In this document: in pieces, positions 1 through 12,600 of the stretch
Numbering within the stretch: position 1 is the first letter of the stretch
Layout of the letters: each line of letters begins with the position of its first letter
Source: Obrimoposthia wandeli
Taxonomy: Eukaryota
Direction: 5' to 3'
Length of the DNA: 64,000 nt
Assembly (NCBI GenBank): GCA_977020255.1
Contig: CDROCS010002056.1
Coordinates: 124,001 to 188,000, forward strand
Notes under the pieces: generated by a model
Database searches by the model: none
Told to the model about the DNA's origin: nothing
The model's input: only the letters and a program-made list of their open reading frames with translations
Program-made: the position numbers and the translations under genes

Positions 1-981
1 TTCTATCAATTTCCCACTTTAGCAAAATACATTTTGAATTGCCCACCAAAAATATTTATTTATTATTTTCACAAGAACACAATCAATATTATTTGTGTGA
101 ATTTTGCACTTGTTTCTTCGAAACGAGTAGTTCGATCCGTTCTTAACATACTTGATGTAAGATTCTCTGTAAAGTCGTTAAACCATTCTTAAATATCATT
201 CAAATATTTAATAAAAACTAAAAATACCTTAATATCAGCTAAAACCTAATAATTCACCGATTTCGGTTATATTAGTTTACCTTTGAAAAGTATATAAATA
301 TCTCATTTCATAAATACCTAAATTTAATTAATTTAAATATAAAAATAATTAAAATAATTACCGATTTTAAAATGTATAGCCCGCGAGGCGCCATTACCCA
401 CCTGGAAATTTCAATTTACCCACTACTGGGGAATTACTCCCAGGTTAAGAAACGATAATCTAGTTTATCATTTTACTTCGACACACATTTCCTTTTTAGT
501 GGTGCAAATATATTCAGAGTGAAATAATATTTTCTTGATAGTTTTGTCACATCATTTGTGGCCTTCAGAAATATTTCTGACGGTTGGATTTTTTAAAAAT
601 CAAAGAGATATTCCTATATTGAATCATTTCCTTTGGGCGGTCTTTCAATATTTTAAATTTAATATAAAAAGTAATTTAAAAGTGATGTGATATTACATCT
701 TGATTACTAACAGCAGCATTCATAAGTTTAGGATTAAATTCATCAGTTCAAAATAAGTCCATAGTATGTCCACCGATATATGTGATTTAACACCAAGTTT
801 GACAAAGCTATTAGGCGTTGCATTTATTGAAACGAGCCAAACATTGGAAATAGTTGAAAACTTTACAAAATGTGTGCAGTATAATTTGTTTGTAATAGCT
901 TGTTTATTTGGTCTGAAAAATTGAGTTATTTGGAATTTCTTCCGTGTTCGTTTATTACAAAGACTGCTTGACCGTGAACAG

Positions 982-1397
982 GAGGTGCAGCCGAGGAGGG
1001 CGCAGACTCGGCAGCTGGTAGGAATGATCTTCTGCGACAGATTGTGGAGGCAGGCGGCCTAGTGGGAGCGAAACTGAAGCCGAGTTCTGGTGAAGAAGGC
1101 GCCTCCACCGCTGCAGGAGCGAGCAAATCGCGTCGTCATAGAGATGAGACGGCTCAAGATGTCCCAGTGAACATGTTGGAGGATCTTCAGAAGCGACTAA
1201 AGATGCGCCGCATGGGAATGGTGGGCAACCGGAAGCGGGAGGAGGGTGACGAGGAGTTATCTACTCAGAATGGTGGAGCTGGTGGAACAGGCAATGAAGC
1301 ATTCACAGGCGTCTTCAAGCGAATGTCGGACATGATCCCCCATGTGAGGAAGTCACGTGGGGATGTCGATAACGAAAATGAATGGAGCGATGACTGA
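982..1397 (+). CDS. WASHC1: Terminal coding exon of WASH complex subunit 1 (VCA domain)
   Basis: CAG acceptor at 979-981, then GRNDLLRQIVEAGGLVGAKLKP (WH2-like), MLEDLQKRLKMRRMGMVG and FKRMSDMIP (central region) and acidic tail DNENEWSDD-stop; matches my recollection of the WASH1 C-terminus; AATAAA at ~1467. Confidence 0.8.
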
Positions 1398-1869
1398 GAC
1401 TAGAATTTTCCTTTCCGCCACCTTTGAGGATTCGATGATTATTCCTTCTTTTTGATTCAGATTTTAATAAATTAACTTTGTATTTTACCTCGGTTGGTGT
1501 TATGAGAAATCTATGTGAATAATATTACTCATTTCATCTAAGTAAATTAATATTATAACTAATCAGGGATGGAAGACTTTTAGCTAAAGTGGATAATTTT
1601 ATGTTATGAATATGTTTAATCATAAGGTTTCTGAATCTACGTGGTTTGACACATCGTCGTTACGCCATTCAAATCTAGGGCGTCCTGGCCGGATCTCACT
1701 ATTTTACCCATCAATCCTGGGACATCCTGGCTAATCGTTGGCTGGAAATCGCATTGGTACAACAAATGAGTATAGACTTAAGTATAGCTTTTAAAATGCA
1801 CCCTTAATCATGGTTTTCGTTTAAAAGTTATAATGTCGAAACAAAAAAGAGAATAGACATAATCTCGTA

Positions 1870-2100
1870 ACAAAGCAGAATTCCACTTTTCTGTATATAA
1901 TTTTTAGATGCTTCTTATGTCTTGGTGAAATCTTTCGCCATGTTCAACACCGATGTCACAAAGGTGAGAATGTAAATAATGAAGTTTTGTGGATGTCCTG
2001 CTGCCAAGTATAATGTTTGAATATATTAATAATCAGCTCCGTAATTTTCCATCTTATTGCCGAAATGTTTGCAATGGTATTTTCTCTCGCAACATCTTTT
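1870..2100 (-). pseudogene. Degenerate DNA transposase C-terminus, Chapaev3/CMC-like
   Basis: Minus-strand frames give GNKMENY..., TKLHYLHSH, LCDIGVEHGERFHQDIRSI*KLYTEKWNSALLRDY, with stops and frameshifts; family name from recalled motif similarity. Confidence 0.65.
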
Positions 2101-2550
2101 TTATTGCAGGCTCGATAAATATTCCAGATTTTCATTAAATAGTTTAAGAAACATGTAAGAAACACTTCTGTAATATTCGCCTTGGAAAGTTTACAACGAA
2201 AATATCAATTGATCAAAAATCTATTTTTAGAAATAGTATAAGATATCAGCTAATTCAAGCAAGAAAAATTATGAATTGTAAAATTTTGTCTATGGCTATT
2301 TATAGTAACTTATCTCCTTGCCATAAATCAAAAAACCGGACCGAAGACAACCGCTCTGTACAACAGCGGAAAATACCAGACTGCTAGCTGTATGTTCACG
2401 CAATTTATGGCCGATAACGAGATGAATTCCCGGCCGAAAATTGCGTGGTCCGATCTGAGCGACTTCCTCCAAAAAGTTTTATTTTTTGACAAATCTTATA
2501 TTTGATTTCGCGGTAAATATTTATTGCGAAATAGAAGATAAGACTTCTTC

Positions 2551-2606
2551 GATCGCCTGATGAGTCCATAAGGACGAAACTGCCAAAAATGCTGGTCGTC
2601 GCGGTC
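2551..2606 (+). ncRNA. Type I hammerhead ribozyme
   Basis: Core CTGATGA 2557-2563; stem II GTCC/GGAC with ATAA loop 2564-2575; GAAA 2576-2579; stem III 2579-2585/2593-2599 (one U-C mismatch, one G-U); GTC cleavage triplet 2598-2600; stem I GATCGC 2551-2556 / GCGGTC 2601-2606. Confidence 0.85.
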
Positions 2607-3685
2607 TCTTTGAAACTCGCCGCTCAATCGTGGGAATTTTTGAAATAATTGAAATTCTAATTAGCCAATTAATATTAATTGGATTTTTATTAATTATTTT
2701 TTAAACTAAAATTTAAACATTCACATTCTCGAGCTTGATGTAATGACTACTTCAAATCATTCCCAACAAATCTACCTATATATACAAATAAATCAAATTA
2801 ACTAGTTTTTAAAATTACATGTAAGAAAATCATGGCTGAACATGAAGGATGTAACGAAGTTTACAAGACAACGCCGCAAATCGGATGATTCTGAATATAT
2901 AGGTAGATTTTTCTGAGTTATGTAACTAAATTTCTTAAATCACAGTTTCAACAAAACATTCACCATCATATAGGTTCATCTAATATCAAATAATTACAGT
3001 ATACACATTTTAGCACTCTGTATCAATATTAAAATAATTGATTTTGCATCGAACTTCTTATATCACATTTATGTTTAAAATCCCCTCGAAAAATGCTTTT
3101 TATATCTTAGACGAAAAATATTGATTCAGAATTCATTGGAGTTTTATGGACACTTATTTTTTCATTTTGATTAAATAAAAAGATTTGAATATGTAGCAAA
3201 CCCTAAACTTTTACAAATACCATACTTATTTAAAAACGCTATTATCGAGAAAATTTACATTTTGATTCATACATCAAATTTTTTAATAAAAGTTTGATAT
3301 AAAATAATTTATACATTTTTAAATAAAGGTGAGGGGGAATTCCGAGTAGCTATCAAGATATTCAGAAATCATATATTGGTTTAAATGTATGGATTAAAAT
3401 AATTTAAATTGTTTTGTTAAAATTTATAAACTTTCTAGTGATTAAAATTTTTCGTTTCTTTTTCATCCACGTTATTTTAAAGTCAAAATGAAGAAAATTA
3501 TTGTTAGATAATATACACTATGGAAATATCTATGAATCTATTAAATAATATTAAAAAATTATTAAAAAACCATTTAAAATTATATTGATATAAAATTTAT
3601 CCCCATCATCCGATTCAAAGAAATAAAAGTGAAAAATAAACAAATTTGAAAATAAGTGATAGTAAAAGATGCTGCCGCTTGTTTA

Positions 3686-6600
3686 TTACCACATCCTTAG
3701 ATTTTCGCTTTCATCGAGATACTCCATCTCTTCGTAGTCATCTTCAGGAGGAACGTAGAAGTACAAGTTCGCCTCAGACTTGGTGGAGTAATTTCTGGAC
3801 AAGAAATTATATTTTGAAAGTTAAATAAAGATTTAAACTTAAGATTTAGAAGTTCAAATATATCTTTATTTCGTTTCGTTGAAGTTTTAAGAAAGTTTCA
3901 AAGAAAAAATAACATTAAAAGCTATTGGTTTCAATACATAATTTGCAGATATTCGGCTCGTCACGAAACCAATGTCTATACATTGTCTAAACCAATGTTC
4001 TTTACGAATCTCATAAAAATAAATTATTTGTGAGTAAATTTTATACCTCAGTAGGCGGATGTGTCCGGTCTAATCCACCGCCTTCCCCCTGGGGGTCTAC
4101 TACTGTCCTTTAAAACCGCGCATGTGTGTGAAGTGAAATTTTGAAAAAAATATTGTTTTTTTGTTGTTGAAAAAGCAACAAACGGGGGGAGTGTGGTGCC
4201 GCCGCCACAACGCACCCTTCGGGGCGACCACAATTCAAGCCCTCCAGTGCGATGCCGTCTCACGTCAGCTTTAGCATGAGGAGGAGAAACTGAAGAAAGC
4301 TCCGCGGAAGAGGAAGGCTACGACTTCTTCGTCGGAGCCATCAACATCGGCACCTCCTCCCAAAAAGTTGCGGCAACAACTGCCAAAACCTCGGAGAAGG
4401 CCAATAGCTACACAGCAACCGGTGCAGCCGAAAAAGAAGCCAGGGCAAACAAATAAGTATAAGGAGCCAATGCCGCTTACTGCTATACCACACAGTCAGA
4501 GGGATATCAATGAGAATGATCCCAATGATGACTTTGTGAAGTGTTTTAGAAACCATATAATTTATAAAAAATATAAATATAAAAAGAAATGCGAAGAAAG
4601 GAGATTTAAGAAAGACGGTCCTCAATCAAAATTTGTATGCTGCTGTCGCGATCGAGTGGAATCGTCGGGTGGAGATTCAAGACAGGCGGCTAGCAGAACG
4701 ACGTCGTGTCGTGGAGTGGAACAAGAAAATCGAAATAGAAAAAAGGAAGGTGGAGGAAAAAAGAAGTAACGGAGGATGTTCGGCGAGCAGCAAGAAAGCG
4801 AATCCTCCAGATTAAACCGGAAGAGGGTCCTTCCACAAAAAAATTCATTTTATTGATTACTTTGTCTTTATTCATTATGTTATAAAATTGTCTAAATATA
4901 AAATTGTCTAAATACTACCTCGTTATTTTAATAAATTTTTGATCCTGGACGGGAATAGGAAGGTTGAATTGGAAAAAAAGAAACTGGATGAAAAACGAAG
5001 AGTGGAGATGGAGGACAATCGCCGAGCTGCAAGAAAGAGAATCCTCCAGATTAAACCTGAATAGAGTCTTTCTTCAAAAGAATAAATATTTGAAAATTAT
5101 ATTTCTTTTGATTTTATGGATTTTTAATAATCTTCTTGTTATATTTTAAATATTTTACATAACTTTACTAAATATAAACAATTTTATATATAATGTTTTT
5201 TATTATATGGATGATAAAATAAATTGGAACAAATTATAAATTAAATTATCTCCAGATTTAAAGGGAGATTATAAAAAAAATTATTTCTCAAAAAATGTTA
5301 CTCATGAAATTGTTGCAGATAAAATATGTAATTTACTTTCAAAATATTTAGGTAGGTTTACATTTAATATAATTTATTTTAATATTCATAGGAGAATGGA
5401 AAATATGTACCAATCTTAACGAGAAAAATGAATCCTGAGTACTTTGTAATTTTAATAACTTTTTGATTAATGGGTTTTTATTTTTATTCGTTATAAACAA
5501 AGGGATTTGCTACATATTTAGGTAATTATGCAAGAATATAATATAGACTTTGATTAACAAAAATGGAGATTATATTATAAAAGAATAATGTATTATGGAT
5601 ATATGCGACGTTTTTCATCCTTTGCATTTCATATTTCATGTAGATATCCCGTTTAGGATATAGATTATAAGAAAAAATTTACTAATTTATATCTAACTAA
5701 TTATTTTCATTTATTTAAATGGAAAGAAAGACATAAGGCTTTTTGTGAAATATGTATTTTCAATACAATTAAATCTAATTTTGATATTGAAAATGGAATT
5801 TTTTATGTTTTAGATAAAATGGATTGCAAAAAGTATGACTTTAAAAAAATATTTTCCAAAATTGAAATTGAATACCTTAAATATTTCACGTGATCATGTA
5901 TTAAAATTTCCAGGCTTGATGTGATTGGCGGCGTTTTTATATATAAGAGCTGGCTAAATACATAGCAATTGCCAGTCTCTAATTGTAGTTTTATATTTAT
6001 TTATTATATATTTTATATTCTATTCCACATCAGCTGCGATTCCTCAACATCAACAGCACCAACATTTAATATAAGTAGTTGTCTTCCAATTCAATTAGGG
6101 GGAGGTTTGTCAGCAACAGTAGGAAAAAAGAGGTGAAGCCAATTTCTTAATAAGGTACCACCAAAGAAACGTAGGGAAAGCGGTCCTACTATAAAGTATC
6201 ACTTAAATCATAAATATGTTATAGTTAAGGTGCCATTAGGAAATAACATTTTATTAAACGTAGGTGTAGATTCAAATATTGAAAGTCTTTTAAAATCAAA
6301 AATGACTAAATTAGGACAGGTTAAGGTTCAATTTAGCGCAACAGTGCAGTTTAAAAATGTCAATGAATAATCTAAAACTTGGGTAATTTTACATAAAGCA
6401 ACTGTTTTCTATGATAATAAAGAAGTTCAATCTCAAAAACCCACACATTTCGTAAGCTTTAGATTCTGCAATCCATTCTTTGCGAGTTGCAGCCGTTTTA
6501 TTATAATCAATGGTTGCCAAATTGGTATTTTGAGTATCAGTACTATAATTCAATAGACTTTCAATCAAAGCTTTATGAGCATATGAAGAATTTCCACCTT

Positions 6601-9600
6601 CAATTTCGATATTATTAAGAGTAACAATGGCATTACTAAATAAAGAATTAAAGAGATAATTTACAGGTGTTACATCGCAATTTTCCGCTAATTTAGTACC
6701 ATCTCGATTTAATACTTTTATTTGAACATAAAGCAAAGTATCATTCAAATCTAAATACTCACTATTGGAACCATTAATATTAAATTCTAAATCGGTTAAA
6801 GTGGTCCCTGAAACTGAGTTAACTAGAAATATTTCTTCAAAGGAAGCATTATCTACAACTACTTGTGGAAGAGGTTTATCAAAGATACACAATTCAGTTT
6901 TGGCGCAACTCATTTTGCAAATATTGTTCCTTCAACTTTCATACGTTTGTTTATATTAATTTTTTGATTCTTTTTACGTTTAAATTTACTACTTTCTTGG
7001 CTTTCATTTGATTTACCTTTTCTAATCAAATCAGCAAAGTCAGGTAAAACATTATCAAGTTCATTAAGTTCATTACGCTTCTTAAAAGTTGGTATTAGTT
7101 TATTATCCTTAGATGAAAGATAGTACTTTCCTAACTTTGATATAAATTGTCCAAGTCTCTTCAAAAGAAGACAGGGAAATCTACCTAATGTTCTAAGCCA
7201 GCCGTATCCATATTGTTTATCAACAAAATTTGGTAATTCTCCACCTTGTTGGCTTTGACAATAAGCTTCAATTATTCTGATCAAAATTTTTAATAAATGG
7301 AGTAGAGCTAATTTTAGAAATTCGAACATATACGTTGTTCTTATATTTAGCTTTTTAATATTTTCTTTTTTATTCCTGTCTATCCAAATATCCATAGAGA
7401 TTTTATTATTAACATCAACAGGTCTCATTCCCTTGAGACGTCTATGTTCAGAGTGATTATATGCATGTATTATTTTAAGTAAAACTTGGATCCATTTTTT
7501 ATTTCCTTTTTTTGTGAAATACATTTTTATTCGATCTCTTAAAGTACGATTAAATATTTCTACTACTGCTGCTTTGTCCTGTGAAAACACAGAGTAGTTA
7601 TTTATATTATTTTGTTTAAATATGGATTGAACTTGCTTATTATAAAATTCTTTTCCTAAATCAGTTTGCACATTTTGTGGAATGTCCTCTTTTAATATTT
7701 CTTTAATGGCTTCAAGCATAGCTATTGGAATTGCACGAGCAAACCTGCTAAATACATCAATACATGTTAAAATATATCGATATCCCTTATTAATGGAAGA
7801 ATATGGGATCATCTCCATCAAATCCATTTGCCATAAATTATTAGGGCCGCTGGTTTTGTAAGCTCTAGTTGGAAACCTTCTTCTCATCGGCTTGTTCAGA
7901 CTGTAGGCTAACTAGTCGCTCAGCCATTTCTGCGTTTTCTTGTAATTTTGTTCTTTTTGCTAATTTTGAAACTCCTGTGTAGCCAATTGGATCTTTTAGA
8001 TTGAACCATATCTTCTCCATTACAACAATTTGAATAGAAATAAAATTTAAATTTAGGTAAAGGGTTAGCACCCATATATTTAGGTGATTTTTAAATAATT
8101 GTTATATAATACTACTGATAATTGAAGCAACTGAAATAACAGCCCCTATGAAACCACCATTCTGATTAAGAATAATATTTCGTTTCCTTTTTTTACTTTT
8201 TACATTAGCAATATCTAGAAGAGTTTTTCTATATTTCTTTAATACATTTTTTCGTTTTCCAATTTTTATTCGACCTAAAACTATATTATACAAAACTTCA
8301 AATAAATGATCTACAACAAAAGATGGAAATGCTTTAAGAATACTCATTCTCTTATGAGAAGAGGCTTTGACTAAAGCTTGAAAATAGGGTATGCTTCTTT
8401 GTATTTTCTTCATTTAAAAAAAGTTCAATTTTAATATTGTTTATATTCGAAGCCATTTAAGTTTTTTTTTATTTCTAACTACAGATTTGATTAATTTTTT
8501 CACTTCTTTTTTCTTAATGATTCTTTTTTTTGATTTCTTAGATTTTACTTTACGTTTTACTATCAACTTTGTAAAAGGCATTGCGAATTTATTTTTTATA
8601 ATTGTTCTCTATTTGTTTATAAACAGTTACTCCCTTAGAATTAAATATGTCTGTTAAAACACGTAAATCATCTGGGCAAGCTTGTGTAAAGTCAATAAAT
8701 ATATACCCATGTGCTTGTTTAGCAGCAACATGGAATCAATCAACTAGAAAGTTCTTATTTTGGGGAAATGCGTGTCTGGCTACGAAATCTACAATTGTTT
8801 GATCTCTAGGATTTTTAAATAAAACTAAGTAATGTACATTAATATTTCTTGTTCTATGATGACATTTTTGGTGAAAAAGATTTTGAGTGATAAATATAAC
8901 TGTTTAGGATCGACTCTTATTAATGCAATTAAAGTAAATGCATATTTGATTAATTAATTAGAGTCGATCAAATAATCAATACTGTCTGAGACTGCTTGGC
9001 CGTCAATGATGACAAAAGGATTATTTAAATGTATTGCCAAGGATTTAAGATCAATAGTTTTTGAAATTATCACAAATCAAAGTCAAAGTTTTTAAGAAAT
9101 GATGCTTCTCTTGTATTACATTCCGATGTCCGATGAAACAATGGTAGCAGAGCGTAAACAAAGACTCATTCAAGATGATAATAATGAATTTGATACAGCT
9201 TCTATGGTATTGGAGAAATACTCTGATGTTACGTTGATGGATCACTTGGGAGAAACAATATTAAATTTCTAACTTAGAAAAAGCAGACTTACCTTCCGAA
9301 GAATATAATACATCAGAAAATAGTTTAGTAAAATGTCCAGATAAAACAATACATGGATTTGAAGACGGAGACGTTGTTAGATTTAATGAAGTTAAAGGTT
9401 GTGGTGGCCCCTTAAAATGTAAATTGCCCCAAAGTAGTGATATTTGTTCAAAATTAATTAAAATATTTTTGTTAAAATTAAATAAAAAATCTTGTTCCTA
9501 TAGTTCCTTTGCTCTAGAACAACCAGGCGATAAGCGGCGGTTCTAGAGAATAGGGACACAAAATAAAAAACAGTAAAAACATCCTCCTCATTCTTATATT

Positions 9601-12600
9601 TTGATTGTTGGGGATAGAGTCCGACTTATGGAACATACGATGTGTATTAAAGCTAGAGATGAACAGTAAAAGGTAAAATATATAGGGGTGGACGTGATAG
9701 AGGATGTAAAGAGCGGGGGCCTAAGATAGGAACAGTTTTGGGTTCAGAGGCAAGGGTAGAGGTTAGAGGAGAATGATTTGGTAGAGAAATGGATCAGATC
9801 AGAGTAATGTTTAAATTGCTAGGGGGAATGAAGAAAGAAAAGGTAGAGGAAACAGGAACAAAATTTTCAGAATTAATACTAAGATTAGTAAGTCAACAAG
9901 AAAAGGGTGAAGTGTTGAAAGCACTAAATAAAGTGCACTATAAGAAGAGAGAAGTGAGGGAGATATTAAGAGCGTTGCCACGAATTATTATAAAAAAGAA
10001 ACATCTAAGAAATAAATTACTAAAGAAAGCGAATGCGGCACGAAGGCTAGGACAGGAAACGGAGGAACAAGAAGATTTCAAGATGCAGATAAATTGAGCT
10101 ATAAAGGATGTCTGGATAATGGGAAGCGAGAACATCATCAGACATGTAAAACAGAAGATAGATGCAGTCATAAAAGGAGAGAGTTTTAAAATAAAAAAAG
10201 TTTTTTATCCCGATGGGATCTTAGATCAATGTCTGATTTCAGAAGGTTTGAAAGTGGAAGTGATTAAAACATTGGTAGGATGTATAGAAAAGGATGATGC
10301 AGAGTCTATCGCAGCGACATAATTATTTGATGAGGAGCTAGACTGGGATAGTTGCGCCGGAGATGGCAAAATAAATACTTCGTGGTCAGAGATAATAGTT
10401 GAATTAAGTAAAAACTATTCAGGTGGTATAGCCAGTAGGGAGGTAGAAAAACGGTTAAAATTAAAGGAGGGGGCATTTTGGCTACAGAGAGAAGGGAAAA
10501 AAGTACATAAGGAAGATATAATTTATAGTAATGACAAGATATACGTCATGCCACGCCTAAAAGGAGGGTCTGAAATTGAAGAAAAGTAACTAACCAGGTG
10601 TGACTTCAATATTGCGATAACAATTTCTTGCTGGAAGATGATAAGAAAAAAAAGAGAAGTAGAAAATCTATGAAGAGATGTATAGGTCATTAACAGAAAT
10701 CTATGAGAAAAAGATAGAGACGGCGTTTCAAGAGGATGACAGCAGAAAAGAAGAAAGATGGGTTAGCGAACAGAAGAAGATGGAAAACAAATTCGACGAA
10801 ATACAAGGAAAAGTATGAGAAAGGACAGACACGAAGCAAGGTAAGCTCTATGATAAGATAGGACAAGGAAACAAAGGAGTAAGTCAGTTGAAGAAAATTC
10901 AGCTCCCAATTTTTAGAGAAGTACAAAAGTACGAAAACTGGCGAGCTATATTTAACAGAGTGATCAACCAGTCAACGGTGGAACAAATAGAGAAAATGCT
11001 GCATCTACTGCAATATGTGGACGGAGAACAATTAAGGTTAATTGATAGCTTGGCAGAAAGCTATGATGAAACGCTGAAGATATTGTCATTAAGATACGGA
11101 GGGACGGACAGGAATTATACACAGTTGATGGAAAAAGTGGAAAAGTTCAGGTTAATAAGGTGGAACAACTATCGGGATTTTGATATGTATAGCCAACTAT
11201 TACAAGAAGTAACCGTACGAGCACGAGCACTAGGAAAATAGGAAGAATTAGGGGGAAGTTTTCTATGAGAAAAATTGCTACAGAAACTACCAATGTTAGG
11301 AAGAGTAGCATGGTTAGAATGGTTACAAGCAGGAGATAGAGAAAAGAGTATAAGATCTTTAGAAGGATGGATACAACAAAAGGCCGAAAGTTGGCGAATA
11401 GCCGAGGAAATAACGAGTTGCAGCAGAGAAGCACCAAAATATAAAAATAGTGAAAGAGCAAAAACCTTAGGTAAAGGTAGCGGTAAAGCAAAAGGATATA
11501 AATATGTCTGGACAATTTCAAAGGAGAGGGAGAGAGATAAAGTGTCTAAGGTGTAAGAAGGAGCATTACACAGTCACATGTGAAGAATTGGAGAGATTAT
11601 CCGTATCAGAGAGACGCTGGTGGGTTGAAAAGAAAAGTGTATGTAGAAATTGTCTACGAAATAATCATTACGTAAAACAATGCAAGGTGGATAAGTTGTG
11701 TAAAATGAGGAATTGCATCGAAAAACACCATAGGATATTGCATGTGGATGAAGAGCGTAGTAATCAGACGTGCCCACAATCCTACTTCACAAGAGGGACA
11801 AGAGAATAAACTACATTCTTGGCGTTAAGAAAAGTACCGGTTATGGTACGGCATAGAGGCCAAGAATTGGTGGTCAACGCCTTGTTAGATGATGTCAACA
11901 CACGCTCATATATTAGTAAGGATTTGTTACGAACGCTAAGAGTGTCAGGACAAAAACAAAATATTCGGGTGGGGGTTATTGGAGGAAACGATGGACTGTG
12001 CTGAAGTTAACATAGAATTACACACACGAGATATCATTTGGTGAAGACCGCATGTTAATACAACCTATAGATAAAAATATATATAGTTTTAAAGTATGTT
12101 ACTAAAAATGGAATATGAGTAATCGATGAGTCATACCCCCTGGGGTATGACTCATAATGTCTCTGTCCTGAAAGACGCACATCTCCCTACTTGATCTGTG
12201 TCTTTCAGGACAAAGCCCTCTCGGGGGTATGACTCTTAGGATGAGTCCTCGATGGCGTCATAGGATGAGTCATCGTGACCTCAGATGACCTTGACCCCAG
12301 TAGGCTTTGTTCCAGAAGTGCCACATCTACCTACTTAAGTCTTTTGTGCGTTACGACATTTCTAGGTGAATGCACGAATGACCATAAATTTTTCCTTGAG
12401 CTCCATTCTAAACAATGTCTCAACAAAATTGGTACAGTAAATCAAATGATTATGGGAGCGTTGAATGAAACTACGGTTAACTATAGGATTACTTAAAGAA
12501 ACAAAGTTTTCGTTTTAAAGCAAATGAATAAGAATTAAGTATTAAAATTATGTCGACTAGTAGAGACATAGTTGAGACATTTCCTGGTGATATGGGTTCT

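Larger units (their letters stand above)
4050..9050. mobile_element. Degenerate, internally deleted Maverick/Polinton relic (copy A)
   Basis: Starts AGTAGG like the other Maverick ends here; contains relics of exonuclease and pPolB N-terminus (+) and MCP, integrase, PW-like and ATPase (-) homologous to the 38-50 kb element. Confidence 0.8.

Noticed and set aside
380-455. hAT-type MITE termini here and at ~29085-29120
   Set aside because: Only one end seen in each case; no partner TIR or TSD found
4050-12335. 4050 and 12335 as the two ends of a single Maverick
   Set aside because: The TIR sequences differ beyond the first ~14 nt and the flanks TACCTC and TAAGTC match at only 4 of 6; the 12335 end is identical to family B instead
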